A stretch of DNA of 58,626 nucleotides from assembly GCA_016177405.1 (NCBI GenBank), contig JACOVG010000032.1:1-58626 (forward strand), given 5' to 3'. The position numbers and the translations under genes are program-made. The notes under the pieces are model-generated. The model was not told the DNA's origin, searched no databases, and saw only the letters and a list, made by a program, of their open reading frames with translations. Shown piece by piece: positions 11,067 through 20,235 of this stretch. The DNA comes from Candidatus Omnitrophota bacterium (GTDB lineage Bacteria; Omnitrophota; Gorgyraeia; 1-14-0-20-64-10). Numbering within the stretch: position 1 is the first letter of the stretch; each line of letters opens with the position of its first letter.

Positions 11067-11300
11067 ATGGCTCAAAAAATAGCGAAGGCAGGCATCAAGC
11101 GGGCCAAGGGTTATCTCTATTACCTCGACAAGCAGGGCGACGTCTCGAGGGCAAAGATGGCCCGCGGCGGCTCCAAGGGAGGCCGTCCGGAGAAGGTAGC
11201 TAAGCTGGGCGTCAAGAGGGAAGACGGCTACCTTTATTTCATCGACAAGCAGGGCGATGTTTCGCGCGCGAAGATGGTGCGGGGCGGCAGAAGGCGTTAA
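11067..11300 (+). CDS. small basic protein with internal two-fold repeat, unknown function
   Basis: strong SD GAAAGGGGGTGA; two copies of K(I/V)AKxG(I/V)KRxxGYLY(Y/F)(L/I)DKQGDVSRAKMxRGG; followed by a terminator. Confidence 0.85.
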   Translation: MAQKIAKAGIKRAKGYLYYLDKQGDVSRAKMARGGSKGGRPEKVAKLGVKREDGYLYFIDKQGDVSRAKMVRGGRRR

Positions 11301-11337
11301 TTCGAAAGCCCCTTTCCTTTTAAGCGCTTGCACGACC

Positions 11338-11370
11338 AAGGGTGCCAGGTGAAAACCTGGCACCCTTTAT
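11338..11370 (+). terminator. intrinsic terminator hairpin
   Basis: AAGGGTGCCAGGT-GAAA-ACCTGGCACCCTT perfect 13-bp stem followed by a short T-rich tail. Confidence 0.75.
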
Positions 11371-11423
11371 GTTAGAGCCGGCGTCCGCTTGATCGGAACG
11401 AAGTGATATACTGAAGGTTTGCT

Positions 11424-14216
11424 ATGGAAAGCATCATCATTCGGGGGGCCCGGGAGCACAACCTGAAGGGTATCAACCTCACCCTCCCGCGCAACAGCCT
11501 CATCGTGATCACCGGGCTTTCCGGCTCCGGAAAATCGTCCCTCGCCTTCGACACCCTGTACGCCGAGGGGCAGCGCCGGTACGTCGAGAGCCTCTCCGCC
11601 TACGCCCGGCAGTTTCTGGAACAGCTGGCCAAGCCGAACGTCGAGGAAATCCGGGGGCTTTCGCCGGCCATCGCCATCGAGCAGAGAACCGCCAGCGGCA
11701 ACCCCCGCTCCACCGTCGGCACCCAGACCGAAATTTACGACCATTTGAGGCTCCTCTTCGCGCGAATCGGCGCGCCCCACTGTCCCCGCTGCGCCCGACC
11801 CATCCGGCGCCAAACCCCCCAGGAGATGGTGGAGCAGATCCTTCGCCTGCCCAAGGACAAGACCCTCCTCATCCTGGCGCCCCTGGTCCGCGGCAGGAAG
11901 GGCGAGTACCGGGAGCTCTTCCGGCAGATTCAAAAGGAGGGATTTGTCCGGGCCCGGGTGGACGGCGTCCTGCGGGAGCTGGACCGCCCGGTCCCCCTGG
12001 ACAAGAAAAGGGCCCACACGATCGACGTGCTGGTGGACCGGATCAAGCCGGAGCCGGAGATCCGATCCAGGCTCACCGACTCCATCGAGACGGCCCTCAA
12101 GGCGGGGCGGGGGACCGTGGTCGTGGCGGCCTCCGGATCGGATCATTTCTTCAGCGAACGATACGCTTGCGTGGTCTGCGGGATGAGCCTCGAGGAGCTG
12201 GAGCCCCGCCTGTTTTCCTTCAACAGCCCTTATGGGGCCTGCCCGGCCTGCCACGGCCTGGGCACCCGGCTGGAGGTATCCAAGGAGCTGGTGATTCCGG
12301 ACCCTTCCAAATCCATCGAAGCGGGAGCCATCGCGCCCTGGCGTCGCGGCGGGCGCGGCTACATCCTCTACCACCGTTCCCTGGTCAGAGAGCTGGCCGA
12401 TCGGATGAAGATCGACCTGACGGTTCCTTTCCGAAGGCTTCCCCTTTGGGCCAGGAAGGCGATCCTCTACGGCCAGAAGAGCGTGGAGATCTGGGGACGC
12501 CCCTTTGAGGGAGTTCTGCCCAACCTGGAGCGCCTGTTTCTGGAAACCGACTCCGACTTTGTCAAGGAAGAGATCTCCAAATACATGTCCCGCGGCCGGT
12601 GTCCGGCGTGCCGAGGCAGCCGGCTCAAACCCGAAGCCGCGGCCGTCACCATCCAGCAGCGCTCCATCGTGGAGGTCTCCCAGATGACGGTCCAGGACGC
12701 GCTCGCCTTCTTCAGGGAGCTCAAGCCGAGCCCCAAGGAATCGGCCATTGCCCAGCCGATCCTCAAGGAGATCAACGCCCGCCTGACCTTTCTGATGGAC
12801 GTGGGGCTGAACTACTTGACCCTGGACCGGGCCAGCGTGACCTTGTCGGGCGGGGAGGCCCAGCGGATCCGGCTCGCCACCCAAATCGGGGCGGGGCTGG
12901 TGGGGGTTCTCTACGTCCTGGACGAACCTTCCATCGGTCTTCATCAGAGGGACAACCGCAAGCTCCTGGCCACCCTCCAGGCTTTAAAGAAGATGGGCAA
13001 CACCGTGGTCGTCGTGGAGCACGACGAGGCCACCATCCGAAGCGCCGATTACATCGTCGACTTGGGTCCCGGAGCCGGCAAGCATGGAGGCGAGGTGGTC
13101 GCCGAGGGCTCTCTGCAGGAGATCCTCGCCTCCGAGCGCTCCCTGACCGGAAAATACCTCCGGGGAGAGCTCGCCATTCCGGTCCCGGCCGCGCGGCGGC
13201 CTTGCCGGGGAAGGCCCCTTCTCAAGATCCTCGGGGCCAAAGAGCACAATTTGAAATCCATCGACGTCTCGATTCCCTTGGGAACCTTTGTCTGCGTCAC
13301 CGGGGTCTCGGGTTCCGGAAAATCAACCCTGGTGGACGAGATCCTCTACCGGAGCCTCGCCCAGCGGCTCTACCGGTCGAAGGAGAAGCCGGGCTCCCAC
13401 GAGGGCCTGGCGGGCGCCGAGGCGATCGACAAGGTGATCGTGATCGACTCTTCACCCATTGGGCGCACCCCCCGTTCCAATCCGGCGACGTACACCGGTG
13501 CCTTCAGCGACATCCGGAAGCTCTTCTCTAAAACCCCGGAGGCCCGCGCCCGGGGCTACGCGCCGGGACGTTTCAGCTTCAACGTCAAGGGGGGCCGCTG
13601 CGAGGCCTGCCAGGGGGATGGACTGATCAAGGTGGAGATGCACTTCCTTCCTCCCGTCTACGTGACCTGCGAGGTCTGCCAAGGAAAACGCTTCAACGCT
13701 CCCACCCTGGAGGTTCTCTACAAGGGCCATACGGTCAGCCACGTGCTGGGCATGACCGTGGAGGAAGCCCTGGAGCTTTTTGGGGCGATCCCCGGGATCC
13801 GAAAAAGGCTGGCCACCCTGGTGGAGGTGGGCTTGGGCTACCTGGAGATGGGCCAGCCGGCCACCACCCTTTCGGGGGGAGAGGCCCAAAGGGTGAAATT
13901 GGCCGCAGAGCTCTCTCACCGGGCAACCGGAAGAACCCTGTACCTGCTGGACGAACCCACCACAGGGCTCGCCCTGGCGGACATCGAAAAGCTCCTCGCG
14001 GTCCTGCAGGCCCTGGTGGAGCAGGGAAATACCGTCCTGGTGATCGAGCACCACCTGGATGTCATCAAAACCGCCGACCACCTGATCGATCTGGGTCCCG
14101 AGGGGGGAGAGGCAGGCGGCGAGGTGGTCGCGGAGGGCTCTCCGGAAGAGGTGGCCAAGGTCAAGCGCTCCCACACCGGGCAATTCCTTCAGACGGTATT
14201 GCCCGGTGTTCGCTGA
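11424..14216 (+). CDS. uvrA: excinuclease ABC subunit A
   Basis: two ABC modules (GLSGSGKSS, GVSGSGKST, LSGGEAQR twice), CxxC zinc fingers. Confidence 0.97.
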   Translation: MESIIIRGAREHNLKGINLTLPRNSLIVITGLSGSGKSSLAFDTLYAEGQRRYVESLSAYARQFLEQLAKPNVEEIRGLSPAIAIEQRTASGNPRSTVGTQTEIYDHLRLLFARIGAPHCPRCARPIRRQTPQEMVEQILRLPKDKTLLILAPLVRGRKGEYRELFRQIQKEGFVRARVDGVLRELDRPVPLDKKRAHTIDVLVDRIKPEPEIRSRLTDSIETALKAGRGTVVVAASGSDHFFSERYACVVCGMSLEELEPRLFSFNSPYGACPACHGLGTRLEVSKELVIPDPSKSIEAGAIAPWRRGGRGYILYHRSLVRELADRMKIDLTVPFRRLPLWARKAILYGQKSVEIWGRPFEGVLPNLERLFLETDSDFVKEEISKYMSRGRCPACRGSRLKPEAAAVTIQQRSIVEVSQMTVQDALAFFRELKPSPKESAIAQPILKEINARLTFLMDVGLNYLTLDRASVTLSGGEAQRIRLATQIGAGLVGVLYVLDEPSIGLHQRDNRKLLATLQALKKMGNTVVVVEHDEATIRSADYIVDLGPGAGKHGGEVVAEGSLQEILASERSLTGKYLRGELAIPVPAARRPCRGRPLLKILGAKEHNLKSIDVSIPLGTFVCVTGVSGSGKSTLVDEILYRSLAQRLYRSKEKPGSHEGLAGAEAIDKVIVIDSSPIGRTPRSNPATYTGAFSDIRKLFSKTPEARARGYAPGRFSFNVKGGRCEACQGDGLIKVEMHFLPPVYVTCEVCQGKRFNAPTLEVLYKGHTVSHVLGMTVEEALELFGAIPGIRKRLATLVEVGLGYLEMGQPATTLSGGEAQRVKLAAELSHRATGRTLYLLDEPTTGLALADIEKLLAVLQALVEQGNTVLVIEHHLDVIKTADHLIDLGPEGGEAGGEVVAEGSPEEVAKVKRSHTGQFLQTVLPGVR

Positions 14217-14254
14217 TCTGCTATAGTGCCTGGTGAATCCCATTCGGATGACTC

Positions 14255-14905
14255 ATGTCGCTGTTTGAACTCTTCGAGCGGGGCGGCCCCGTCATGTGGC
14301 CGATCCTGGCCTGCTCCATCATCGCGGTGAGCATCGCGGTGGAGCGGTGGAGGGAGTTGACCCGCGTGGAGAGGGAGACCGACCGGACCTTCGAGGAGAT
14401 CCGGAAGGCCCTGGCGGGCCGGCAGGTGGCCCAGGCCAGGCGGCTGGCCCAGAACAGTCCCGGCCCCTTGGGCCGGATCGCGGAGGCGGGCCTGCGCTGG
14501 TACGGAAGGCCCCGCCAAGAAATCCGCGAGGTCCTGGAGGAGACCGGGTCCCAGCAATCCGCCGGGCTGGAACGTTACGTGCCCCTGCTGGGGACCATTG
14601 CCCACCTCGCCCCCTTGCTGGGACTTCTGGGAACCGTCACCGGGCTGATCCGCTGCTTCCAAGTGATCCAGGAGAACGCCACCCTGGCCCGGCCGGTGAA
14701 TCCCGGGGACCTGGCCGGAGGTATCTGGGAGGCGCTGATCACCACCGTGTTCGGCCTGTGCGTGGCCATTCCCTCCTATGCCCTGTACAATTACCTGGTT
14801 CACAAGATCCAGAACATCGTTCACAACCTGGAAGCCAAGGCCACCCGACTGACCGCTCTCTTGTCGGTGGAGGAATCGCCCGTCGAGGAAGTCGGTGCGC
14901 TTTAA
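14255..14905 (+). CDS. exbB: MotA/TolQ/ExbB proton-channel family protein
   Basis: GGPVMWP, APLLGLLGTVTG, GGIWEALITT. Confidence 0.85.
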   Translation: MSLFELFERGGPVMWPILACSIIAVSIAVERWRELTRVERETDRTFEEIRKALAGRQVAQARRLAQNSPGPLGRIAEAGLRWYGRPRQEIREVLEETGSQQSAGLERYVPLLGTIAHLAPLLGLLGTVTGLIRCFQVIQENATLARPVNPGDLAGGIWEALITTVFGLCVAIPSYALYNYLVHKIQNIVHNLEAKATRLTALLSVEESPVEEVGAL

Positions 14906-15311
14906 GCGATCCGCTCCCGCCCTGGCCGTGGGCATGGACATCGCCCCGCTGATTGATGTGGTCTTCTTGCTGCTGATCTTCTTTATGCTGACCTCCGCCT
15001 TCGTGGTTTCCTCCGGCGTCAAGGTCCATCTGCCCCAGGCGGCTTCCGCCGCGCGTCAGCCTTCGACGGGTATCACCCTTTCCATCACGCGCGACGGAAA
15101 ACTCTTCTGGAATCAAGCCCCGGTCACGCGGGGGGAGCTCCGGCAGCGGCTCGAGGCTTCCCGTCGGGCTTCTTCGGCCATCCTCCTGACGGCCGATACC
15201 CAAGCCCGTTTGGGAACGGTCGTCGAGATCTGGGACCTGTGCCGTTTGATGGGACTGGAGGAAGTCACCATCGCCACCTTAGAACCTAAAAAGGAGGGGA
15301 CCACGCCATGA
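14895..15311 (+). CDS. exbD: ExbD/TolR family protein
   Basis: DIAPLIDVVFLLLIFFML TM motif. Confidence 0.85.
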   Translation: MRFKRSAPALAVGMDIAPLIDVVFLLLIFFMLTSAFVVSSGVKVHLPQAASAARQPSTGITLSITRDGKLFWNQAPVTRGELRQRLEASRRASSAILLTADTQARLGTVVEIWDLCRLMGLEEVTIATLEPKKEGTTP

Positions 15312-15511
15312 TCACGGAGATCGGGATCGTCGCGGGAGAAATCTGGCACCACCTGGACAAACACGGTGAAGTGCTCTTCTCCCAGTTGGTTTCGGGGATT
15401 CATCAACCCAAAGACCTGACCCTGATGAGTCTCGGGTGGCTGGCCAGAGAGGGGCACGTCGTCGTCAAAACGGAGGCAGGCGACTACCGGGTTTGGCTAA
15501 GAAAAGAATAG
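15308..15511 (+). CDS. small winged-helix protein (DUF2582-like)
   Basis: IGIVAGEIWHHL...MSLGWLAREG pattern; SD GGAGG. Confidence 0.75.
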   Translation: MITEIGIVAGEIWHHLDKHGEVLFSQLVSGIHQPKDLTLMSLGWLAREGHVVVKTEAGDYRVWLRKE

Positions 15512-15855
15512 CCCAACCGCTCGTCCTGCTGACCACCGCCGGCTCCCTCCGGGAGGCCCGGCGCCTGGGCCGGGCGTTCGTCAACCAGCGGGCGGCGGCC
15601 TGCGTCAACCTCATCCCCGGCATCGAGTCCTGGTACCGGTGGCAGGGAAAGATTCAACGGGGAAGGGAGGTGCTTCTTCTCATCAAGACCACCACCGCCT
15701 TCCGCCGCGACCTCCATCGCCTGATCGGCAAACTCCATTCCTACAGCTTACCCGAGATGATCGCCCTTCCGATCACCTGGGGAGAGCCCCGGTACCTTGC
15801 CTGGATGCGAAAAAATCTTGATGGTCCCGCCCCCAAGGTGAGAGTTGACAAATAG
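15493..15855 (+). CDS. cutA: divalent-cation tolerance protein CutA
   Basis: AACVN, SWYRWQGKI, LHSYSLPEMI; start uncertain (TTG 15493 or ATA 15508). Confidence 0.85.
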   Translation: MAKKRIAQPLVLLTTAGSLREARRLGRAFVNQRAAACVNLIPGIESWYRWQGKIQRGREVLLLIKTTTAFRRDLHRLIGKLHSYSLPEMIALPITWGEPRYLAWMRKNLDGPAPKVRVDK

Positions 15856-15873
15856 TTCCGAAGGCCTCAAGAT
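15845..15873 (+). promoter_or_regulatory. putative sigma70 promoter of the pilus operon
   Basis: TTGACA-17 nt-CAAGAT. Confidence 0.45.
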
Positions 15874-15917
15874 ACCCGTAAGCTCCCCTGGGCCAAGGTT
15901 AAACCTTAAGGAGCCGG

Positions 15918-17558
15918 ATGCCGTCTGAATCGGTCGGTCTTTACATCGGATCCCAAAGCGCCGATGTCGTCTCCTTAAGCGGCTCCTTTCAGCGTCCCCA
16001 GTTGGTTCATTTCGGCAGGGTCCAGCTGCCCAAACAAGGCAGTTGGCGAAGCCAGACCCGCTTGGAGGAGGCCTCCGGGCAGGCGCCCGACGATCCCTCC
16101 GTAAACGCCTCCGCCGAAATTACCGCGTTGGCCGGCACCCTGAAAACCCTCCTGGGACATCTTAAGCTCTCCAGCAACGCGCGGCTCCACATCGCCATTG
16201 CTTCGGAGGCGGTCGTCATCCGGTACTTCCAGATGCCCTTCATTCCCTCCGCGGAGCGCAAGGTGGCGGTGGCCTTCGAGGCCAAGAAATATCTTCCGTT
16301 CAAGCTGGAGGAGCTGACTGCCGATTACCAGATCTTGACCCACAAAACCGAACCCAATCTCATGCGGGTGATGTTTTTCGGGATCAAGACAGAGACCCTC
16401 TCGGCCTTCGTCTCCGTGTTCAAGACCCTGGAGCTTGCCCCCGTCAGCCTGGAGCCGGCTTCGGTCTCGCTGATGCGCCTGACGCGGCAGACCGGGCAGA
16501 GCGGGCCTTCGCAGGCTCAAGCCATCCTCTCCATCGAGCGGGATACCGCCTCCATCAACATCGCCCGAGGTAATCTCCTGTATCTGTCGCGCAACGTCAC
16601 CATCCCACAGCCTGCCGCCGGGGAGGGGCTCTCCCAGGAGCTCATGGAAGCCCTCATTCAAGAGACCCGCGTCTCCATCGACTATTACCGCAGGCGATTC
16701 GCTTCAGAGGCAGAGGTTTCCAAGGTGCTCGTGTGCACCAAGGAGATGGAAGCCGAACAGCTCGCGGAGGTGACCTCGGCCCTGGGGGGCTTGCCGGTGG
16801 AGCTTGCCCTGCCTTTCAAGAAGATCTCGCAGGCGGAGGAAGCCCCGCCGGGGCTGGCGGTGGCCACGGGCTTGGCCCTTCGCGGATTTGAAAAAAGTCA
16901 AGGCCCGCCGGAGGTCAACCTCCTGCCGCCGTCCGCTCGCAGCAAGAGCTACGACCTCATAAAAATCTCCGTGGCCCAAGCCGCCGCGGCCGTGCTGCTT
17001 TTATTCTTCTGGCATCAGGCCACCCACTCGAACCTCGCCCAGCTCGAAGGCAAGCTTCAGGCGCTTCGCCTGCGTCAAGAACCCCTGGAGGGACTCAAGG
17101 CCTCTGCCAACATCAGCGAGTTGGAGATCGCCCGGGATGGAAAGAGTCTGGAGCTCGATTTTCTGAAAAAGGTCAATGGATTAAGGGGTGAATATGCCAA
17201 CCTCCTTTCCAGTGTCGAGAAGCTCCTCCCCCAGGAAGGCTGGCTGACACACCTGGCCATGGAAGACGAGTTCAAGGGACCCGCCAAGAAGGGCCGGATG
17301 TTCCAGGCGGACCGGTACAGGCTCCTCACCCTGTCGGGGGCTTTCTACGCCAACAATCAACGCCTGGAGATGGAGGCGGTGAACAACTTCCTGGCCTCCT
17401 TGAGAACGGAAAAACCGTTCGCCGCGGCCTACACCGAATTTTCCCTGGATTCGGTCCAGCGGGGGGAATTCCGCGGTGAGGAAGTGACGGAATTCCACCT
17501 GACCTGCTCCTCCGCCCAAGACTCCGCCGTCAAAAAACCGCCCGCGGGAGGTCCCTAG
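15918..17558 (+). CDS. pilM: type IV pilus PilM-PilN fusion protein
   Basis: N-terminal actin-like PilM region (FEAKKYLPF, ATGLALRG), then the PilN signature VNLLP, a TM helix, coiled coil and ferredoxin-like C-terminus. Confidence 0.75.
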   Translation: MPSESVGLYIGSQSADVVSLSGSFQRPQLVHFGRVQLPKQGSWRSQTRLEEASGQAPDDPSVNASAEITALAGTLKTLLGHLKLSSNARLHIAIASEAVVIRYFQMPFIPSAERKVAVAFEAKKYLPFKLEELTADYQILTHKTEPNLMRVMFFGIKTETLSAFVSVFKTLELAPVSLEPASVSLMRLTRQTGQSGPSQAQAILSIERDTASINIARGNLLYLSRNVTIPQPAAGEGLSQELMEALIQETRVSIDYYRRRFASEAEVSKVLVCTKEMEAEQLAEVTSALGGLPVELALPFKKISQAEEAPPGLAVATGLALRGFEKSQGPPEVNLLPPSARSKSYDLIKISVAQAAAAVLLLFFWHQATHSNLAQLEGKLQALRLRQEPLEGLKASANISELEIARDGKSLELDFLKKVNGLRGEYANLLSSVEKLLPQEGWLTHLAMEDEFKGPAKKGRMFQADRYRLLTLSGAFYANNQRLEMEAVNNFLASLRTEKPFAAAYTEFSLDSVQRGEFRGEEVTEFHLTCSSAQDSAVKKPPAGGP

Positions 17559-17561
17559 GGC

Positions 17562-18200
17562 ATGGAGATTCCGAAGGAGTTGTCCGTTTCGCAACTGGGC
17601 TCTCTTTTTCTCAAGATCCCACCCCAAAAACAGGTGGCCTTGGTCTCAACGGGAATCGTTCTGTCAACGCTGGCCCTGGGGTGGTTCGCCATCCAGAAGC
17701 CCTACGAAAGCCAAAAGATCCAAGGGGAAGCCCAGATTCAACTTGAAAGCAAACGAACCGAGGTCATTTCCGGCTCGGCCTTGTTGAGCACCGAGCTGAA
17801 GAAAATCCGGTCCACCCTCGTCATGGAGGGCGGAACCCCGGCCCTGACGCGCCGAGTGACCGATCTCGCCTCACAGGCTGGGGTCGAAATCGATTCGGTC
17901 TCTCCGCTGGCGGAGGCGTCCTTCGGACCCTACACCCGGGTTCAGATTCGGGTCGTGGCCGCCTCCGGTTACGCGCAGATGATGGACTTCTTGAGGCTTT
18001 TGGAACGCCACGAGCCCCTCCTCAAGATTGACGAGCTCAAGGTGGGCGAGCCCAGCCTCGACCGCAAGGGCAAGAGCATTTCCGGCAAGCCGGCCGCCCT
18101 CACAACTCTTCAGGCTCCGAAAACCGAAGAAGCCTCCGCGGAGGGGCAACCGGTTCAGCTCGTCATCGGGGCCTTCTCCAAAAAAGGATCCTCACCGTGA
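17562..18200 (+). CDS. pilO: type IV pilus assembly PilO-like protein
   Basis: single TM, coiled coil, GYAQMMDFLRLLE..LLKID pattern; position after pilM/N. Confidence 0.7.
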   Translation: MEIPKELSVSQLGSLFLKIPPQKQVALVSTGIVLSTLALGWFAIQKPYESQKIQGEAQIQLESKRTEVISGSALLSTELKKIRSTLVMEGGTPALTRRVTDLASQAGVEIDSVSPLAEASFGPYTRVQIRVVAASGYAQMMDFLRLLERHEPLLKIDELKVGEPSLDRKGKSISGKPAALTTLQAPKTEEASAEGQPVQLVIGAFSKKGSSP

Positions 18201-18730
18201 GCAAGAGCCAAATCCAGCAAATCACCGTGGTCATCCTGCTGGTGGTTTTTGCCCTGGTATGGACCATGACCCGAAGATCCCCCGCCCCAACCCAGTTGCC
18301 AACGCCTCCCCCGCGCGAGGTCCAGGCGCCGTCCAAGCCCGCTTCGGGACCGGTGAGGAAAGACGAACCCCTTCCACCCGCGGTGGTCACGCGCGACCTG
18401 TTTTCGCCTCCCTCGGAGCTCCTTAAGACGATCCGCCGCAAAGAAGAGCTTGCCAGGGAAGAGGAGAGGCTCGCCGAGGAAAAAAATCGCAGGGAGCAGC
18501 CGGTCTCGGAGTCTGTCATCACCCCGCCGCCTCTTCAGCTTCAGGGCATCCTCTGGGGCGGCGCAACCGGGCCCCGGGCCATTGTGAATCGACACATCCT
18601 CCGGGTGGGACAATTTATTGAAGAGGCCAAGATCGTCGCCATCGAAAAAAACGGGATCCGGATTCTTTATCAGGAAAAGGAGTTTTTCATCCCCATGCCC
18701 GCCGCCGGTTCAACCAAGGAGGAATCATAA
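18197..18730 (+). CDS. PilP/GspC-like protein
   Basis: N-terminal TM, RDLF, LQLQGILWG..AIVN..LRVG; position before the secretin. Confidence 0.6.
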   Translation: MSKSQIQQITVVILLVVFALVWTMTRRSPAPTQLPTPPPREVQAPSKPASGPVRKDEPLPPAVVTRDLFSPPSELLKTIRRKEELAREEERLAEEKNRREQPVSESVITPPPLQLQGILWGGATGPRAIVNRHILRVGQFIEEAKIVAIEKNGIRILYQEKEFFIPMPAAGSTKEES

Positions 18731-20230
18731 ATGAAAAAAGTCCTCATGGCGTTTGTGGTTTGCCTGCTGGCGCATCCGGCCGTCGGTTTGGGCGCGGCCG
18801 GGGAATCGCCCCCCAAGATTTCCATGGATGTCACCGAGGCCAACCTTGAGGATGTCTTAAAGCTCCTCTCCCAGCAGGCCGGCCTCAACTTTGTCGCCTC
18901 GGAAGAGGTGAAGGAAAAGAAGGTGACCCTGTACCTCGACCAGGTCCCGGTTCAGACCGCCATCGAGAGCCTCCTGGAGGCCAACCGCTTGGTTTCCAGA
19001 ACGGCTTCCGACTCCAACCTCTACCTGATCCATGAATCGAATGCTCCCCGGGTGGAAACGATCACCCGGGTCTTCATCCTCAAGTACGCCCGGGTGGTTC
19101 CCTCGGCTGGGGAGGTCATGACCTCCTTCGGCCTAAGCGGCTCCCTCATCACCCAGACCTTCTCGAGCTCATCCGGGGGAAGCTCAACCGCGGGAGGCGG
19201 GGCCAGCCTGGCAGGGGGCGCCGGAGCCACCGGCGGGCTGGTGGCGATCATCCGGTCGCTCCTCACCGAGCACGGCTCGGTGGTCACCGACCCTCGGACC
19301 AACACCTTGATTGTCACCGAAATTCCGAATAGAATGCCCGTGATCGAAGATACCATCCGTCAATTGGACGTCAAGCCCATACAGCTCATGATTGAAGCCG
19401 AGGTGGTGGAAGTCACCCTGGACACCCTTAGAAGAATCGGCGTGGAGTTCGGCGACCCCACCGCGGGGACGGTGGCCTCGTACGACGGACCCAAAAGAAC
19501 CTCCTTCTTTCCGTACCACTTCGGCCTGCTGGAGAAGGGAACCATCACGCACACGCTGGGGACCATGTCGCTGGCTGAAATGGACGTCCTCTTCAAGATC
19601 CTCGCCACTGAAAAGGACGTCCGCTTCCTGGCGCGCCCAAGGCTCTTGACCCTCTCCAACGAGGTGGCCGAGGTCCGGATCGTGGCCGATGCCGTGACCG
19701 GAGTGACCTCCACCACCGTCTCCGAAACCGGCAACATCACGGAGACGCCCGAGCGCAACACGGTCGGGACCATCCTCCGGGTGACCCCCATGGTCAACGA
19801 CAACCGCTACGTCACCATGGTCATCGAGCCCGAAATCTCCAGGGTGATCCAATCCTCCTCCTTCAGCAAGTTTCTGGATCCCAACCGCCGGGCCGCCCGG
19901 ACCACCGTGATGGTGCCCGACGGCGGGACGGTGATGATCGCGGGGCTCATCTCCACGGAAGACTCCGAGAGCGCCCGCCGGATCCCGGGGCTCGGAGACA
20001 TCCCCATCTTGGGGCTGCCCTTCAAGCGGACCGATACCGAACGAAAGAACACGGAGATTCTGGTTTTCATCACCCCCCACATCGTCCGGGAGGAGCGCCC
20101 CATTCAAACCGTGGAGGCCCGGGAGCAAACGCCCGTGGCCGGCCGGGAGGAACGCAGGCTGACCTCGCACCACAAAAGGACCCTGAAGGCGCGGGCCGTG
20201 GAGGAAACTGTGGAAAACATCCTAAGGTAA
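18731..20230 (+). CDS. pilQ: secretin (PilQ/GspD family)
   Basis: signal peptide, STN/N domains, QLMIEAEVVE, ARPRLLT, IPGLGDIPILG.PFK, EILVFITPHIV. Confidence 0.88.
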   Translation: MKKVLMAFVVCLLAHPAVGLGAAGESPPKISMDVTEANLEDVLKLLSQQAGLNFVASEEVKEKKVTLYLDQVPVQTAIESLLEANRLVSRTASDSNLYLIHESNAPRVETITRVFILKYARVVPSAGEVMTSFGLSGSLITQTFSSSSGGSSTAGGGASLAGGAGATGGLVAIIRSLLTEHGSVVTDPRTNTLIVTEIPNRMPVIEDTIRQLDVKPIQLMIEAEVVEVTLDTLRRIGVEFGDPTAGTVASYDGPKRTSFFPYHFGLLEKGTITHTLGTMSLAEMDVLFKILATEKDVRFLARPRLLTLSNEVAEVRIVADAVTGVTSTTVSETGNITETPERNTVGTILRVTPMVNDNRYVTMVIEPEISRVIQSSSFSKFLDPNRRAARTTVMVPDGGTVMIAGLISTEDSESARRIPGLGDIPILGLPFKRTDTERKNTEILVFITPHIVREERPIQTVEAREQTPVAGREERRLTSHHKRTLKARAVEETVENILR

Positions 20231-20235
20231 TTCCC

